Source: an uncultured Gemmatimonadaceae bacterium
GTDB taxonomy: Bacteria; Gemmatimonadota; Gemmatimonadetes; Gemmatimonadales; Gemmatimonadaceae
Length of the DNA stretch: 64,000 bases
Assembly: GCA_963761305.1 (NCBI GenBank)
Contig: CAVXGK010000002.1
Span: 2,912,001-2,976,000, forward strand
Reading direction: 5' to 3'
In this document: one piece after another, positions 18,576 through 27,379 of the stretch
Position numbering within the stretch: the first letter of the stretch is position 1
How the letters are laid out: the number at the start of each line of letters is the position of its first letter
The notes under the pieces: generated by a model
What the model saw: only the letters and a program-made list of their open reading frames with translations
The model's database searches: none
What the model was told of the DNA's origin: nothing
Position numbers and translations under genes: made by a program

Positions 18576-21500
18576 CTACGGCTTCTTGCCCTTGCCGATC
18601 GCGCGGTAGTACTCCTCGACGTTCTGCTTGTACGCCGGCGGAACGTCGCCCGACCGCTCGAGCAGCACGCGCGTCGAATCGGATTCGCCCAGCTTGCGAC
18701 GGAGTCCGAATTCGAAATCCTTGAAGCCCTCGATTGTCTTGGCGCGCAAGTCGGTCGAGATGCGCGTATCCTCGAGCGTGTGCGCGTTGGTGAGCTGGCG
18801 CAGGTTGTCGATCGCCTGATCGAGCTCCTTGGTCGCGAGGCCTTGGCGCTGCAGCTCGGTGCGCAGCGCCTGAGCGTCGGCGAGACGCTGCTGCGCCTCT
18901 TTGCTGAATTGCTGCGCGTCGCCGGGCGAGAGACGACCGTTCGGCACACCGCCGCCCGGCATCCCGTTGGGATTCAGCGCGCCATTACCAGGTTGGGCCT
19001 GCTGTGAGCCGGGGCGACCATTGCCCTGTCCCGAACCCTGACCTTGACCCTGACCTTGCTGCCCTTGTTGGCCCTGACCCTGACCTTGCCCCTGCTGTCC
19101 TTGCTGGCCCTTGCCCTGACCCTGACCTTGCTGGCCCTGATTGCCTTGGGCCTGACCCTGCCCTTGCTGTCCTTGCGCTCCCTGTGCCTGTCCCTGGCCT
19201 TGCTGCCCGCGCTGGCCCTGCCCTTGTCCTTGGCCCTGTTGTCCTTGTTGTCCTTGCGCCTGTCCCTGACCGCGCTGGCCCTGCTCGGATTGACCTTGGC
19301 CCTGCTGTCCGGACTGGCCTTGCTGCAAACGACGACCTTGATCGGCACCCTGTCCCGCAGCGCCGCCTTGTTCCGCACGTTGACGCATCCGCTCGTCCAT
19401 CGACTCGAGGCCGCGCACGAGGTCGCGCGTCTTGTCGGCCGCCTGTGATTGCTGGCGCTGTCCGTTGCCGTTCTGCCCGGCCGTCTGCGCCTGCTGCAAC
19501 CGCTGTCCGAGGTCGGCGATGTCCGACGCGATCTGCGGCTCGGTCGAGTTGAGCCATTCCGCCGGCGCGGTGCGCGCGGCGCCCGCTGAATAGCGCAGCT
19601 TCTCTTCGGTCTTTCGTCCGCGCAACGTGTCCGCGGCGCCACCCAGCGCGCGTGAAAGATCCTTCTGATCGCGGCGCGAGTCGTTCGACATGCGATCGAG
19701 CTGCGACTTGAGGTCCTTCACGCCGTCGGCCATCGCGCTCTTCTGATCGGAGATCGACTGCTGAAGCTCGCGCTGCTGCTGCTGCCCCGCGCCCGACGCG
19801 CCGCCGCCGGCCTGACCTTGCGTGAGCTTCTGTTCGTCGGACTGAACCTTCTTCTCCTGATCGGCGAGCTGCTGCGCCTTCTTCATCGCGTCGTTGAGAT
19901 CGCGCGACGAACGGCCATCGCGCTCCTGATCGAGTAGCCGGCGAGCGTCGTTGATCGCCTTCTCGGCCTGCGCGGCGTCGCCCTGTCCGCGATTGCCGTT
20001 GGCGGCGGCGCGGCGCATCGCGTCGGCCGCATCCTGCAAACGGCGCGCGGCGTCGGCCAATGACTGATTCTGTTGCTCGCGCGAGAGCCGCTCGAGCTTG
20101 TGCGCCTCGTCTTCCGTCTGCTGCGCCAGATCGCGCTGACCCTGTCCGCCCGACGCGCCCGACTGGCCCATACGGCTCAAGCTGTCGGCCTTGGCGCGTG
20201 CGCGCTCGTTCTCCTGCTGCTGCCGCGCCGCGAGCTGCCGGAGCTTCTCGGCCGTCTCGTCGACCTGATTGTCGGCTTGCTGCTGTTGCTGCTCCTGCTG
20301 GCCACGCTGCACGGTCTCGTACTGGTTTCGGACCTTGTCTTTTTGCAGTTCGAAGATGTCGGCGAGGTCCTGCGCGTCCGTCTTGTTGCCACCTCCACCG
20401 CCTCCGCCACCTCCTCCCATGGACACCTGGATGTCATGGAACACAGCCTCCGCGCGCTGCAACTGCGCGAGCGCGCGCTGCTCGGGCTGCAACGCCGACG
20501 TCGGCGCACCTTTGGTCAGATTCTTCTCCGCGGTGTCCATCTCGGCGGCGGCCTTCGGCAGGATCTGCGCGATCTTGCTCCAGTTGCTGTCGCCCTGCGC
20601 GATGCCACGCTCGACGAGACGGCTCGCCAGCTGGCTCGTTTGCTCGCGGAGCCGCTGCTGCGAGAGACGCAGCGTCGCGAGATTCTCGTCGAGCGATTTC
20701 TTGTCGGTCTGCAAGCTGTCGCGCGCCGTCTTGAACGTCGCGGCGATGATCTCGCGCTCCGTCTGCGAGAGCTGGTTGGCATCGTTCTGCTGACCACCAC
20801 CGCCCCCGCCGCCACCACCGCCCTGTTGCTGGCGGTAGTCGTTCTCGAACGGCCGAACCTGCAGGAAGTAGATGTCGGTCGACGCGCCCTGCGCACCGGC
20901 CACGGCGTTGTTGTCGGTGGCGTGGGCGTAGTACGACACGACGTCGCCCGGCTCGAGCTTCATTCCTTCGAGCATGAAGGTGTAGCCGGCGGAGATGTCC
21001 TTGATCGCCTTCGCGCCGTCGTGCAGCGACATCGTTTGATCCGCGCCGCCGTTCACCGAGAAGTGCAGATCGACTTTCGCGACGCCGTAGTCGTCCTGCG
21101 CGCGGACTTCGGTGTACACCTCGTCGACGGAGAGCACCTTCGTGTCGCGTCCCGGTTTCGTGAACTGAATCGTCGGCGGTCGATCGGGCAACACGTCGAT
21201 CGTGTAGTTGAGCGAGCCGGTGACCATGCGGCCGTCGGGCCCTTGGAGCTCGACCTTGTAGAAACCGGGTTTGTCGACGCGAAGCATCGCCATCAGCTTG
21301 CCGTCATCGGTCGGCACGAGCTTGAGCGTGTCGCCGCCCTCGACGATGATGCGGCCGCCGTTGGACGGCACCGTGGGCGCGACGCGCACGCGGACAATGG
21401 TGCCCTTGAGCGCCGCGATGTCGCCCGTGCTGTCGACGTCGCTCGGCGGCAGCTGCGTGTACGCCGGATATCGATACTGAAGATCGATCTGCTTGACGAA

Positions 21501-22373
21501 CGGCAGATTCGAGACGTCGAGCGTGTACGTGTTCGACCGCACGCCGTTCGCTTCGACCGAGTACTGCGTCTTCGATCCGATGTCGAACAGACGAAACGCG
21601 AACACGCCGTTCGAGTCGGGCGTCATCGGCAACCGCGTCCACGTCGTCGAGTCAGCCGGACGCACCAATAGCTCGACGCGATCCGACTGGAACCCGCGCA
21701 GATTCGCCGAAATCATCTCGTCGCCGCCCTTGGCGACTGTCGCGTTGCCGGGTTCGACGGCGATGCTGAACAACGTCGACGCAGCGTCACCGCGCCACGG
21801 AAGAGCGACCAGCTTGAGTCCGTTCCTCAGCGCCGGCGGCCCGAAGATGGTGAGCAGCAGCGCGGCGCCGATCACGGCGGCCAGAATGCCGCCGTTGGCC
21901 TTGAGCTCTCCGGCGTCGATCGCCTTGCCGTCGCCGGCGAGTCGCACGCGCTCGAGCGCCGTGGTGGTCAGCCGGTCGATCAACGCCGGCGAGCGCACCG
22001 GCAGAGTCGACGCGCGTTCGCTGTTCTGCATCTCGACCGCGGTGATGACGCTCGCCTTGAGCGAACGCTCGTGCTCTTCGAGATACAGTGCGACCTGCTC
22101 GTCGTGCAGCCTGGGCAGCAGCGGGCGAATGACGAACCACACCAGCATTCCCAGAATCGCCGCGATCGCGACGATGCGGACGCCGAGCACGACGGCGTCG
22201 TTGTAGTGGAAGGCGTTCATCACGATGCCGCCGAGGGCCACCAGCGCCCATCCCGCGGCCAGGGTGATCGTGGCGCCGCGCAGCGCGAGCTTGGCGCGGT
22301 AGCGTGTGCGTACGCCGCGCACGACGTCGAGAAGCTGCGACTGCTCGCGACCGGTTCCGTGAACGCTTTCCAT
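18576..22373 (-). CDS. Large membrane-anchored DUF4175-like protein with Ig-like region, coiled coils and Gln/Gly-rich tail
   Basis: N-terminal TMs, YPAYT, PDRPPTI, AQDDYGV, LEPGDVVSYYAHATDN; long Q-rich helices; C-terminal VPPAYKQNVEEYYRAI. Confidence 0.75.
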   Translation of the reverse strand: MESVHGTGREQSQLLDVVRGVRTRYRAKLALRGATITLAAGWALVALGGIVMNAFHYNDAVVLGVRIVAIAAILGMLVWFVIRPLLPRLHDEQVALYLEEHERSLKASVITAVEMQNSERASTLPVRSPALIDRLTTTALERVRLAGDGKAIDAGELKANGGILAAVIGAALLLTIFGPPALRNGLKLVALPWRGDAASTLFSIAVEPGNATVAKGGDEMISANLRGFQSDRVELLVRPADSTTWTRLPMTPDSNGVFAFRLFDIGSKTQYSVEANGVRSNTYTLDVSNLPFVKQIDLQYRYPAYTQLPPSDVDSTGDIAALKGTIVRVRVAPTVPSNGGRIIVEGGDTLKLVPTDDGKLMAMLRVDKPGFYKVELQGPDGRMVTGSLNYTIDVLPDRPPTIQFTKPGRDTKVLSVDEVYTEVRAQDDYGVAKVDLHFSVNGGADQTMSLHDGAKAIKDISAGYTFMLEGMKLEPGDVVSYYAHATDNNAVAGAQGASTDIYFLQVRPFENDYRQQQGGGGGGGGGGQQNDANQLSQTEREIIAATFKTARDSLQTDKKSLDENLATLRLSQQRLREQTSQLASRLVERGIAQGDSNWSKIAQILPKAAAEMDTAEKNLTKGAPTSALQPEQRALAQLQRAEAVFHDIQVSMGGGGGGGGGGNKTDAQDLADIFELQKDKVRNQYETVQRGQQEQQQQQADNQVDETAEKLRQLAARQQQENERARAKADSLSRMGQSGASGGQGQRDLAQQTEDEAHKLERLSREQQNQSLADAARRLQDAADAMRRAAANGNRGQGDAAQAEKAINDARRLLDQERDGRSSRDLNDAMKKAQQLADQEKKVQSDEQKLTQGQAGGGASGAGQQQQRELQQSISDQKSAMADGVKDLKSQLDRMSNDSRRDQKDLSRALGGAADTLRGRKTEEKLRYSAGAARTAPAEWLNSTEPQIASDIADLGQRLQQAQTAGQNGNGQRQQSQAADKTRDLVRGLESMDERMRQRAEQGGAAGQGADQGRRLQQGQSGQQGQGQSEQGQRGQGQAQGQQGQQGQGQGQGQRGQQGQGQAQGAQGQQGQGQAQGNQGQQGQGQGKGQQGQQGQGQGQGQQGQQGQGQGQGSGQGNGRPGSQQAQPGNGALNPNGMPGGGVPNGRLSPGDAQQFSKEAQQRLADAQALRTELQRQGLATKELDQAIDNLRQLTNAHTLEDTRISTDLRAKTIEGFKDFEFGLRRKLGESDSTRVLLERSGDVPPAYKQNVEEYYRAIGKGKKP
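19020..19330 (-). repeat. Low-complexity coding repeat (QGQGQ..QGQQGQ)n
   Basis: About 100 aa of Q/G repeats within the DUF4175-like CDS. Confidence 0.85.
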
Positions 22374-22397
22374 TTCTTGCCCCCTTACCGACCTGCG

Positions 22398-24485
22398 TCA
22401 GCTCGTCGCGCGGGACAGGCGATTCGACACCGCCGTCTCGCCGGCCAAAACCAGCACCGCGACGAGCAAGAGATACCACCACAGCCGCTGGCGCCGCTCC
22501 TGATCTTGCGGCGTCGCGACGTTGAAGTCACTCCCTGCCTGCTCTTGAGCCTTCGCCGACGTCACCGCGGCGACGACGTCTTGCGGATCGAGATGCGAGA
22601 GATCCGACTCCGACGCATCCACGTTTACCGCGATCGGCCGTCCGCTCCCGACCGGTGTGTCGCGGCCGCGCAATTCGTAGAATCCGCGCTCGTGCAACGT
22701 GACCAGATGATTCGGTCCCGTTGCCGTCACGCGCCGTTTCACGCCCGACGGCGACTCGATCGTCAGTTCGGTGAGCGTGTCCGCGGCGCGTCCGCCGAGG
22801 AACGGCGCCGTGAGCTCGCCGTGCCGCGAAAGATCCAACACTTCGCCCGTCACGAACGACGGACGCGGATCGATGTACCGGCCGGCATGTTTGCCGAGTT
22901 GATGCACGAACGGCAGAAACACGGGCTGGAGCGGCAAGTTCGTCCAGTAGGAATCGAGACTCGACGCCCACACGACGACTCGGCCGATGCCGACCGGCCG
23001 TTCGACGAGCGCCGGGGATCCGTCGTCGAATCGCGCCGAGACCGACGCGCCCGGCGCCGCCGTCAAAGCCCGATACCTATAAAAGCGCGCCGTCGTGAAA
23101 TCGCCGCTGCGCGGCGCACTGAACAACTCGAACACCGGGCTCGCGTAGTCGATCGACGACAGCGTGCCGCCGGCGTCCGCCGTGCGATCGACGACTTGGC
23201 CGATCGTCGCGGGCAGTAGCGCACGCCACGCCTGCGGCCAAGTCTCCGTGCGTTCAGTGCCCGGCACGAACACGATGCCGCCGCCATCGTTCACGATCGC
23301 CTTCAAGTGTTCGCCGAGCGGACTGGCCGGCGCGGGCGGCGCGACTTCGTCGAGCACGACCAGCGAGCGTCCGTCCAGATCGCGTGGCGTGATCTCGGTG
23401 ATGGACTTCACGTCGACGCGGAAGCTCGGCCGGTCGCCGATCGACAACGCTCGGCTCACGTACAGGCTTTGGTTCGGGCGCGCCGTCGCCGGCTCGACGA
23501 TCAGCACGGGAACGGCCGCGTCGGGTGCAATTGTGAAGTTGCTCACGTCGTCGAGCGTCAGTGAATCCGGCGTGATGCTCACCGACGCTTTCGTCGGACC
23601 GTTCGGCACCGGGATGGACGTGAATGCCACCTGAAGGGCGCCGCTGGCCGGCACGTTGACGTGCTGCGTCTGCACCGCGCGGCCGCCCACCGAAAGCGTC
23701 GCGGCGATGGGGCGCGCGGTCCTGCCGGTGTTGATGAGCCGCGTGGCGACGGTAACGTGATCGCGTACGCCATTGCTGTCGCGGTCGGTCACCGGCTGCG
23801 TCACGGCGACGTCCGACGCCGACGCGCCGCCGACGTCGATCGGCGTGACGACCGTACCCTGCGGGAAGACGATCTCGTTGTGATTCGCCCAGGCGTTCTT
23901 CTGGAAATCGGAGACGACGACGACTTCGCGCTGCGGCAGCGTCGACGCCGAGACAATCTGCGCTGCGAGCTTGAGCGCCGGCGCGAACTTGGTGCCCTCG
24001 TCGCCCAGCTTCGCGGCGCCGATCGCCGCGGCGACGCGATCCGGCGTCGCCATCGGTTCGCTGGCGACGGATGCGTCGTCGTCGAACAGCACAAGCGTCG
24101 CCCGGTCGGTACCGGCGAGCGAGCGCACGGCCTTGCGGGCGGCCGCCTGCGCGCGCGACCAGCGATCTCCGTACGCCATGCTCGCCGAGCGGTCGAGCAG
24201 TACGACGACTTCCTTGGCGCCGCTGGTGCCGATCGCGGCTTGGTGTCGCGCGAAGAACGGCCGGGCGAATGCGGCGACGAGCAGGGCGAGCGCCGCGCAG
24301 CGCAGGGCGAGCAGCAACAGATGTCGCAGCTTCTGGCGGCGCACTGATCGGTACGGAATGCGCTGCAGGAACATCAGCGACGGAAACTCGACGACGACGC
24401 GGCGCTCGCGGTGGATCAAATGAATGATCACCGGCACGGCGATCGCGGCGAGACCGGCGAGGAACGCGGGGGCGAGGAAATTCAC
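22398..24485 (-). CDS. BatA N-terminal + vWA domain membrane protein
   Basis: MNFLAPAFLAGLAAIAVPVIIHLI..FPSLMFL (BatA), LLDRSASM (MIDAS), VVSDFQ, and C-terminal ESDL + TM helix. Confidence 0.88.
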   Translation of the reverse strand: MNFLAPAFLAGLAAIAVPVIIHLIHRERRVVVEFPSLMFLQRIPYRSVRRQKLRHLLLLALRCAALALLVAAFARPFFARHQAAIGTSGAKEVVVLLDRSASMAYGDRWSRAQAAARKAVRSLAGTDRATLVLFDDDASVASEPMATPDRVAAAIGAAKLGDEGTKFAPALKLAAQIVSASTLPQREVVVVSDFQKNAWANHNEIVFPQGTVVTPIDVGGASASDVAVTQPVTDRDSNGVRDHVTVATRLINTGRTARPIAATLSVGGRAVQTQHVNVPASGALQVAFTSIPVPNGPTKASVSITPDSLTLDDVSNFTIAPDAAVPVLIVEPATARPNQSLYVSRALSIGDRPSFRVDVKSITEITPRDLDGRSLVVLDEVAPPAPASPLGEHLKAIVNDGGGIVFVPGTERTETWPQAWRALLPATIGQVVDRTADAGGTLSSIDYASPVFELFSAPRSGDFTTARFYRYRALTAAPGASVSARFDDGSPALVERPVGIGRVVVWASSLDSYWTNLPLQPVFLPFVHQLGKHAGRYIDPRPSFVTGEVLDLSRHGELTAPFLGGRAADTLTELTIESPSGVKRRVTATGPNHLVTLHERGFYELRGRDTPVGSGRPIAVNVDASESDLSHLDPQDVVAAVTSAKAQEQAGSDFNVATPQDQERRQRLWWYLLLVAVLVLAGETAVSNRLSRATS

Positions 24486-24493
24486 CTGGAGTC

Positions 24494-25450
24494 CTATCGC
24501 ACCCGGTTGAAGTTCTGCCGCGACGCGAGGAACGAGAACAGCGCGCGGTCGAGCGGCTTCGACGTGTCGAACAGCGCGTAGTCGGCGCGCGATTCACCGA
24601 TCCGCTTCGACAACGCGTCGGTGTGCTGCGCGACGATCTGGCGATACTGCTTGCGCAGGTATTCGGGGATGATCGGCATCTTCACCCCGGTTTCCATGTC
24701 GATGAAGTTGCTCGCGTCGGAGAACGAGAAGTCGATCTCGCGCGGGTCGAGGAGTTGGAACACGATCAAGTCGTTGCCGCGCCCGCGCAGATTCGCCAGC
24801 GCGCGCAGCACCTCGTCCGGATCCTCGTAGAGATCCGAGATCAACACGACGAGACTCCGCCGGCGCAGCGATTCGGACAGCTTCTTGAGCGGCGGCTGAA
24901 GCAATGTCTGGCCCGGCGCGGGCTTCGCGTCGCGCGAGCCGCTCTCGATGCGCTCCAGCGACTGCAACACGAGCTGCAGATGCTTGGCCGACGGCGGCAC
25001 GTAGTCCACGATGTCGCGATCGAACGCGGCAAAGCCCACGCGGTCTCGCTGCAGACTCGAGAAATACGTGAGGCACGCCGCCAGATAACATCCGTAGGTC
25101 AGCTTCGACACTCGACCCGACTCGCCCATTCCGGTGCTGCCGCCGTACCGCATCGACGGCGACACGTCGAGCAGGACGAGGAAATTGGTATTCGTGTCGG
25201 CCTCGTACTCCTTCACGAAGTGCCGGTCGGTGCGCGCGTAGAGCCGCCAATCGATGCGCCTGATGTCGTCGCCCGGCATGTACGCGCGATGCTCGGCGAA
25301 GTCCGTCGACGATCCAAGGTGCGGCGAACGATGCAGGCCGTTGATGAAACCTTCGACGACGACCTTCGCCAGCAGCTCGAGATTCCCGATCCGCGCGAGG
25401 ACCGCGGGATCGAGAAAACTGGTGGGCTGGGTCGTGACTGCGGTTGCCAT
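24494..25450 (-). CDS. DUF58 domain protein (MoxR-associated)
   Basis: GLHRSP..GSSTDFAEHRAYMPGDDIRRIDWRLYAR, LLDVSPSM and LISDL. Confidence 0.92.
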   Translation of the reverse strand: MATAVTTQPTSFLDPAVLARIGNLELLAKVVVEGFINGLHRSPHLGSSTDFAEHRAYMPGDDIRRIDWRLYARTDRHFVKEYEADTNTNFLVLLDVSPSMRYGGSTGMGESGRVSKLTYGCYLAACLTYFSSLQRDRVGFAAFDRDIVDYVPPSAKHLQLVLQSLERIESGSRDAKPAPGQTLLQPPLKKLSESLRRRSLVVLISDLYEDPDEVLRALANLRGRGNDLIVFQLLDPREIDFSFSDASNFIDMETGVKMPIIPEYLRKQYRQIVAQHTDALSKRIGESRADYALFDTSKPLDRALFSFLASRQNFNRVR

Positions 25451-25463
25451 GTCTGCGATCGTC

Positions 25464-26507
25464 CTACATGCCCGATTTGGGGAGCGGCACCGCGCGCAGC
25501 AGCTTCTCGATGATCTGATCCGACGTCACGTGCTCCGACTGCGCGTGGAAATTCGTGAGCACGCGGTGACGAAGCACCGGCTTCGCCAGTGCGCGGATGT
25601 CGTCGAAGCTCACGTTGTAGCGGGCGTCCATCAGCGCGCGCGCCTTGCCGCCGAGGATGAGATGCTGCGGCGCGCGCGTGCTGGCGCCGTACGACACCCA
25701 CTGCTTGATGAAGTCCGGCGCGTTGGGACCGGGCCGGCTCGTGCGCGCGAGGCTGACGGCGTAGCGAGCGACGGGTTCCGCGATCGGCACGCGACGGATG
25801 AGTTGCTGGAACTCGACGATGTCGTCGCCGGTCACGGCGTGCTGGAAGCGAGGGTTCTGCACCGCCGTCGTCTGCGTCGCAACGCGGACCTCATCGTCTT
25901 CCGGCAGATAGTCCATCACGATGTGGAACATGAATCGATCGAGCTGCGCTTCGGGCAGCGGATACGTGCCTTCGAGCTCGATCGGGTTCTGCGTGGCGAA
26001 GACGTGGAACGGCTCCTTGAGTGTGTACGTCTTCCCTTGCACCGTGACGCGGTGCTCCTGCATCGCCTCGAGTAGCGCGGCCTGCGTCTTGGGCGGCGTG
26101 CGGTTGATTTCGTCGGCGAGGACGATGTTGGCGAAGATCGGTCCCGGCGTGAACACGAGCCGCCGTCCGCCCGTCTCCGGGTCGTCCTGGATGATGTCCG
26201 TGCCGGTGATGTCGCTCGGCATCAAGTCCGGCGTGAACTGAATGCGCGAGAACTTGAGGTCGAGCACCTGCGACACGGTGTTGATCAGCAGCGTCTTGGC
26301 CAAGCCCGGCACGCCGACGATCAGGCTGTTGCCGCCCGTGAACAGCGACAGCAGCACGAGCTCGATCACGTCTTCCTGGCCGACGATCAGCTTGTGCAGC
26401 TCGGCGATGATCTGATCGTGTCCGGTCTTGAGCCGGTCGGCGAGCGCGATGTCGTCGTGTGATTCGAGTGCCGGTGCCTTAATCGAAGGCGAGATCGTCG
26501 AGGCCAA
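25464..26507 (-). CDS. MoxR family AAA+ ATPase
   Basis: GVPGLAKT, RIQFTPDLMPSDITG, DEINRTPPKTQAALLEAM and ATQNPIELEGTYPLPEAQLDRF; start (TTG 26507) is approximate. Confidence 0.95.
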   Translation of the reverse strand: MASTISPSIKAPALESHDDIALADRLKTGHDQIIAELHKLIVGQEDVIELVLLSLFTGGNSLIVGVPGLAKTLLINTVSQVLDLKFSRIQFTPDLMPSDITGTDIIQDDPETGGRRLVFTPGPIFANIVLADEINRTPPKTQAALLEAMQEHRVTVQGKTYTLKEPFHVFATQNPIELEGTYPLPEAQLDRFMFHIVMDYLPEDDEVRVATQTTAVQNPRFQHAVTGDDIVEFQQLIRRVPIAEPVARYAVSLARTSRPGPNAPDFIKQWVSYGASTRAPQHLILGGKARALMDARYNVSFDDIRALAKPVLRHRVLTNFHAQSEHVTSDQIIEKLLRAVPLPKSGM

Positions 26508-26527
26508 GAGAAATCTCGGTTGAAGTG

Positions 26528-27379
26528 TTAGTGCGTCAGCGCGTAGACCACGTAATTGATGCCCAGCTTGTAGATCTCGTTCGCCTGTGACACGGGCACG
26601 AAGCCGGCGGCGGACCACTGCCACGACTCGCCGATGTCGTCATCGACGTTGGCGAGCACCATCATTCGCTTCTTCGGGTCGTTGTCCTGATAGATCGTCC
26701 AGTACGTCGGCGGGCGCGTCCCGTACGCCGACGTCGACGGCCAGACGACGGCCGACTTCATGTCGATGTCGAAGAACGAATGAAAGATCGCCTCGTCGCC
26801 GTTGAGCTGGACCCACTTCGCGTTCGGGATCGCCGCCGCCATGATCTCGCGCAGATGCGACCAGTCGTAGTCGCCGCGCCAGTCCTCGCGGAAATCGTCG
26901 AAGATCATGAAGCCGCCCTTCAACAGATACGAGCGAAGCGCGGCGACCTCCTTCCCCGACGGATGCCAGCCCCCGGGCTCGGACAGGTAGCTCACCGGAT
27001 ACTTGAATAGAAGCGGGTCGTCCACCGCGACGAGCACGCTACCCACCATCGGCCCCTGTTCGATGAACGGCCGGATATTGGTGACGTCGCGGAGGATCTT
27101 CGCAAAATTCTCTTCGGCGTCCGGATAGTCGTGCGCCCATCCCGGACCTTCTCGCCCGGCCCAGTGCTCGAAGCCCTTGTATCGCACGCGCGCGAAGGTG
27201 AACCGGCCGTCGTACGGAACGTTCCCGACAAAGGCAGGCGGCTCGTACATGTCTTCCGCACCACCGAAGTAGTTGTTGAAACCGCTGCCGCCGCGCTTTG
27301 GGCGCGTCTGACCGTGCACCGCGCCGAAGGCGACGGCGCTCAGCGCGCACGCGACGACGGCGATCCTGCATCGGTTCAC
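26528..27379 (-). CDS. DUF4159 domain protein, secreted
   Basis: FTFARVRY, WAHDYPDAE.NF, YPVSYLSEPG, LRSYLLKGGFMIFDDF and KLGINYVVYALTH. Confidence 0.85.
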   Translation of the reverse strand: MNRCRIAVVACALSAVAFGAVHGQTRPKRGGSGFNNYFGGAEDMYEPPAFVGNVPYDGRFTFARVRYKGFEHWAGREGPGWAHDYPDAEENFAKILRDVTNIRPFIEQGPMVGSVLVAVDDPLLFKYPVSYLSEPGGWHPSGKEVAALRSYLLKGGFMIFDDFREDWRGDYDWSHLREIMAAAIPNAKWVQLNGDEAIFHSFFDIDMKSAVVWPSTSAYGTRPPTYWTIYQDNDPKKRMMVLANVDDDIGESWQWSAAGFVPVSQANEIYKLGINYVVYALTH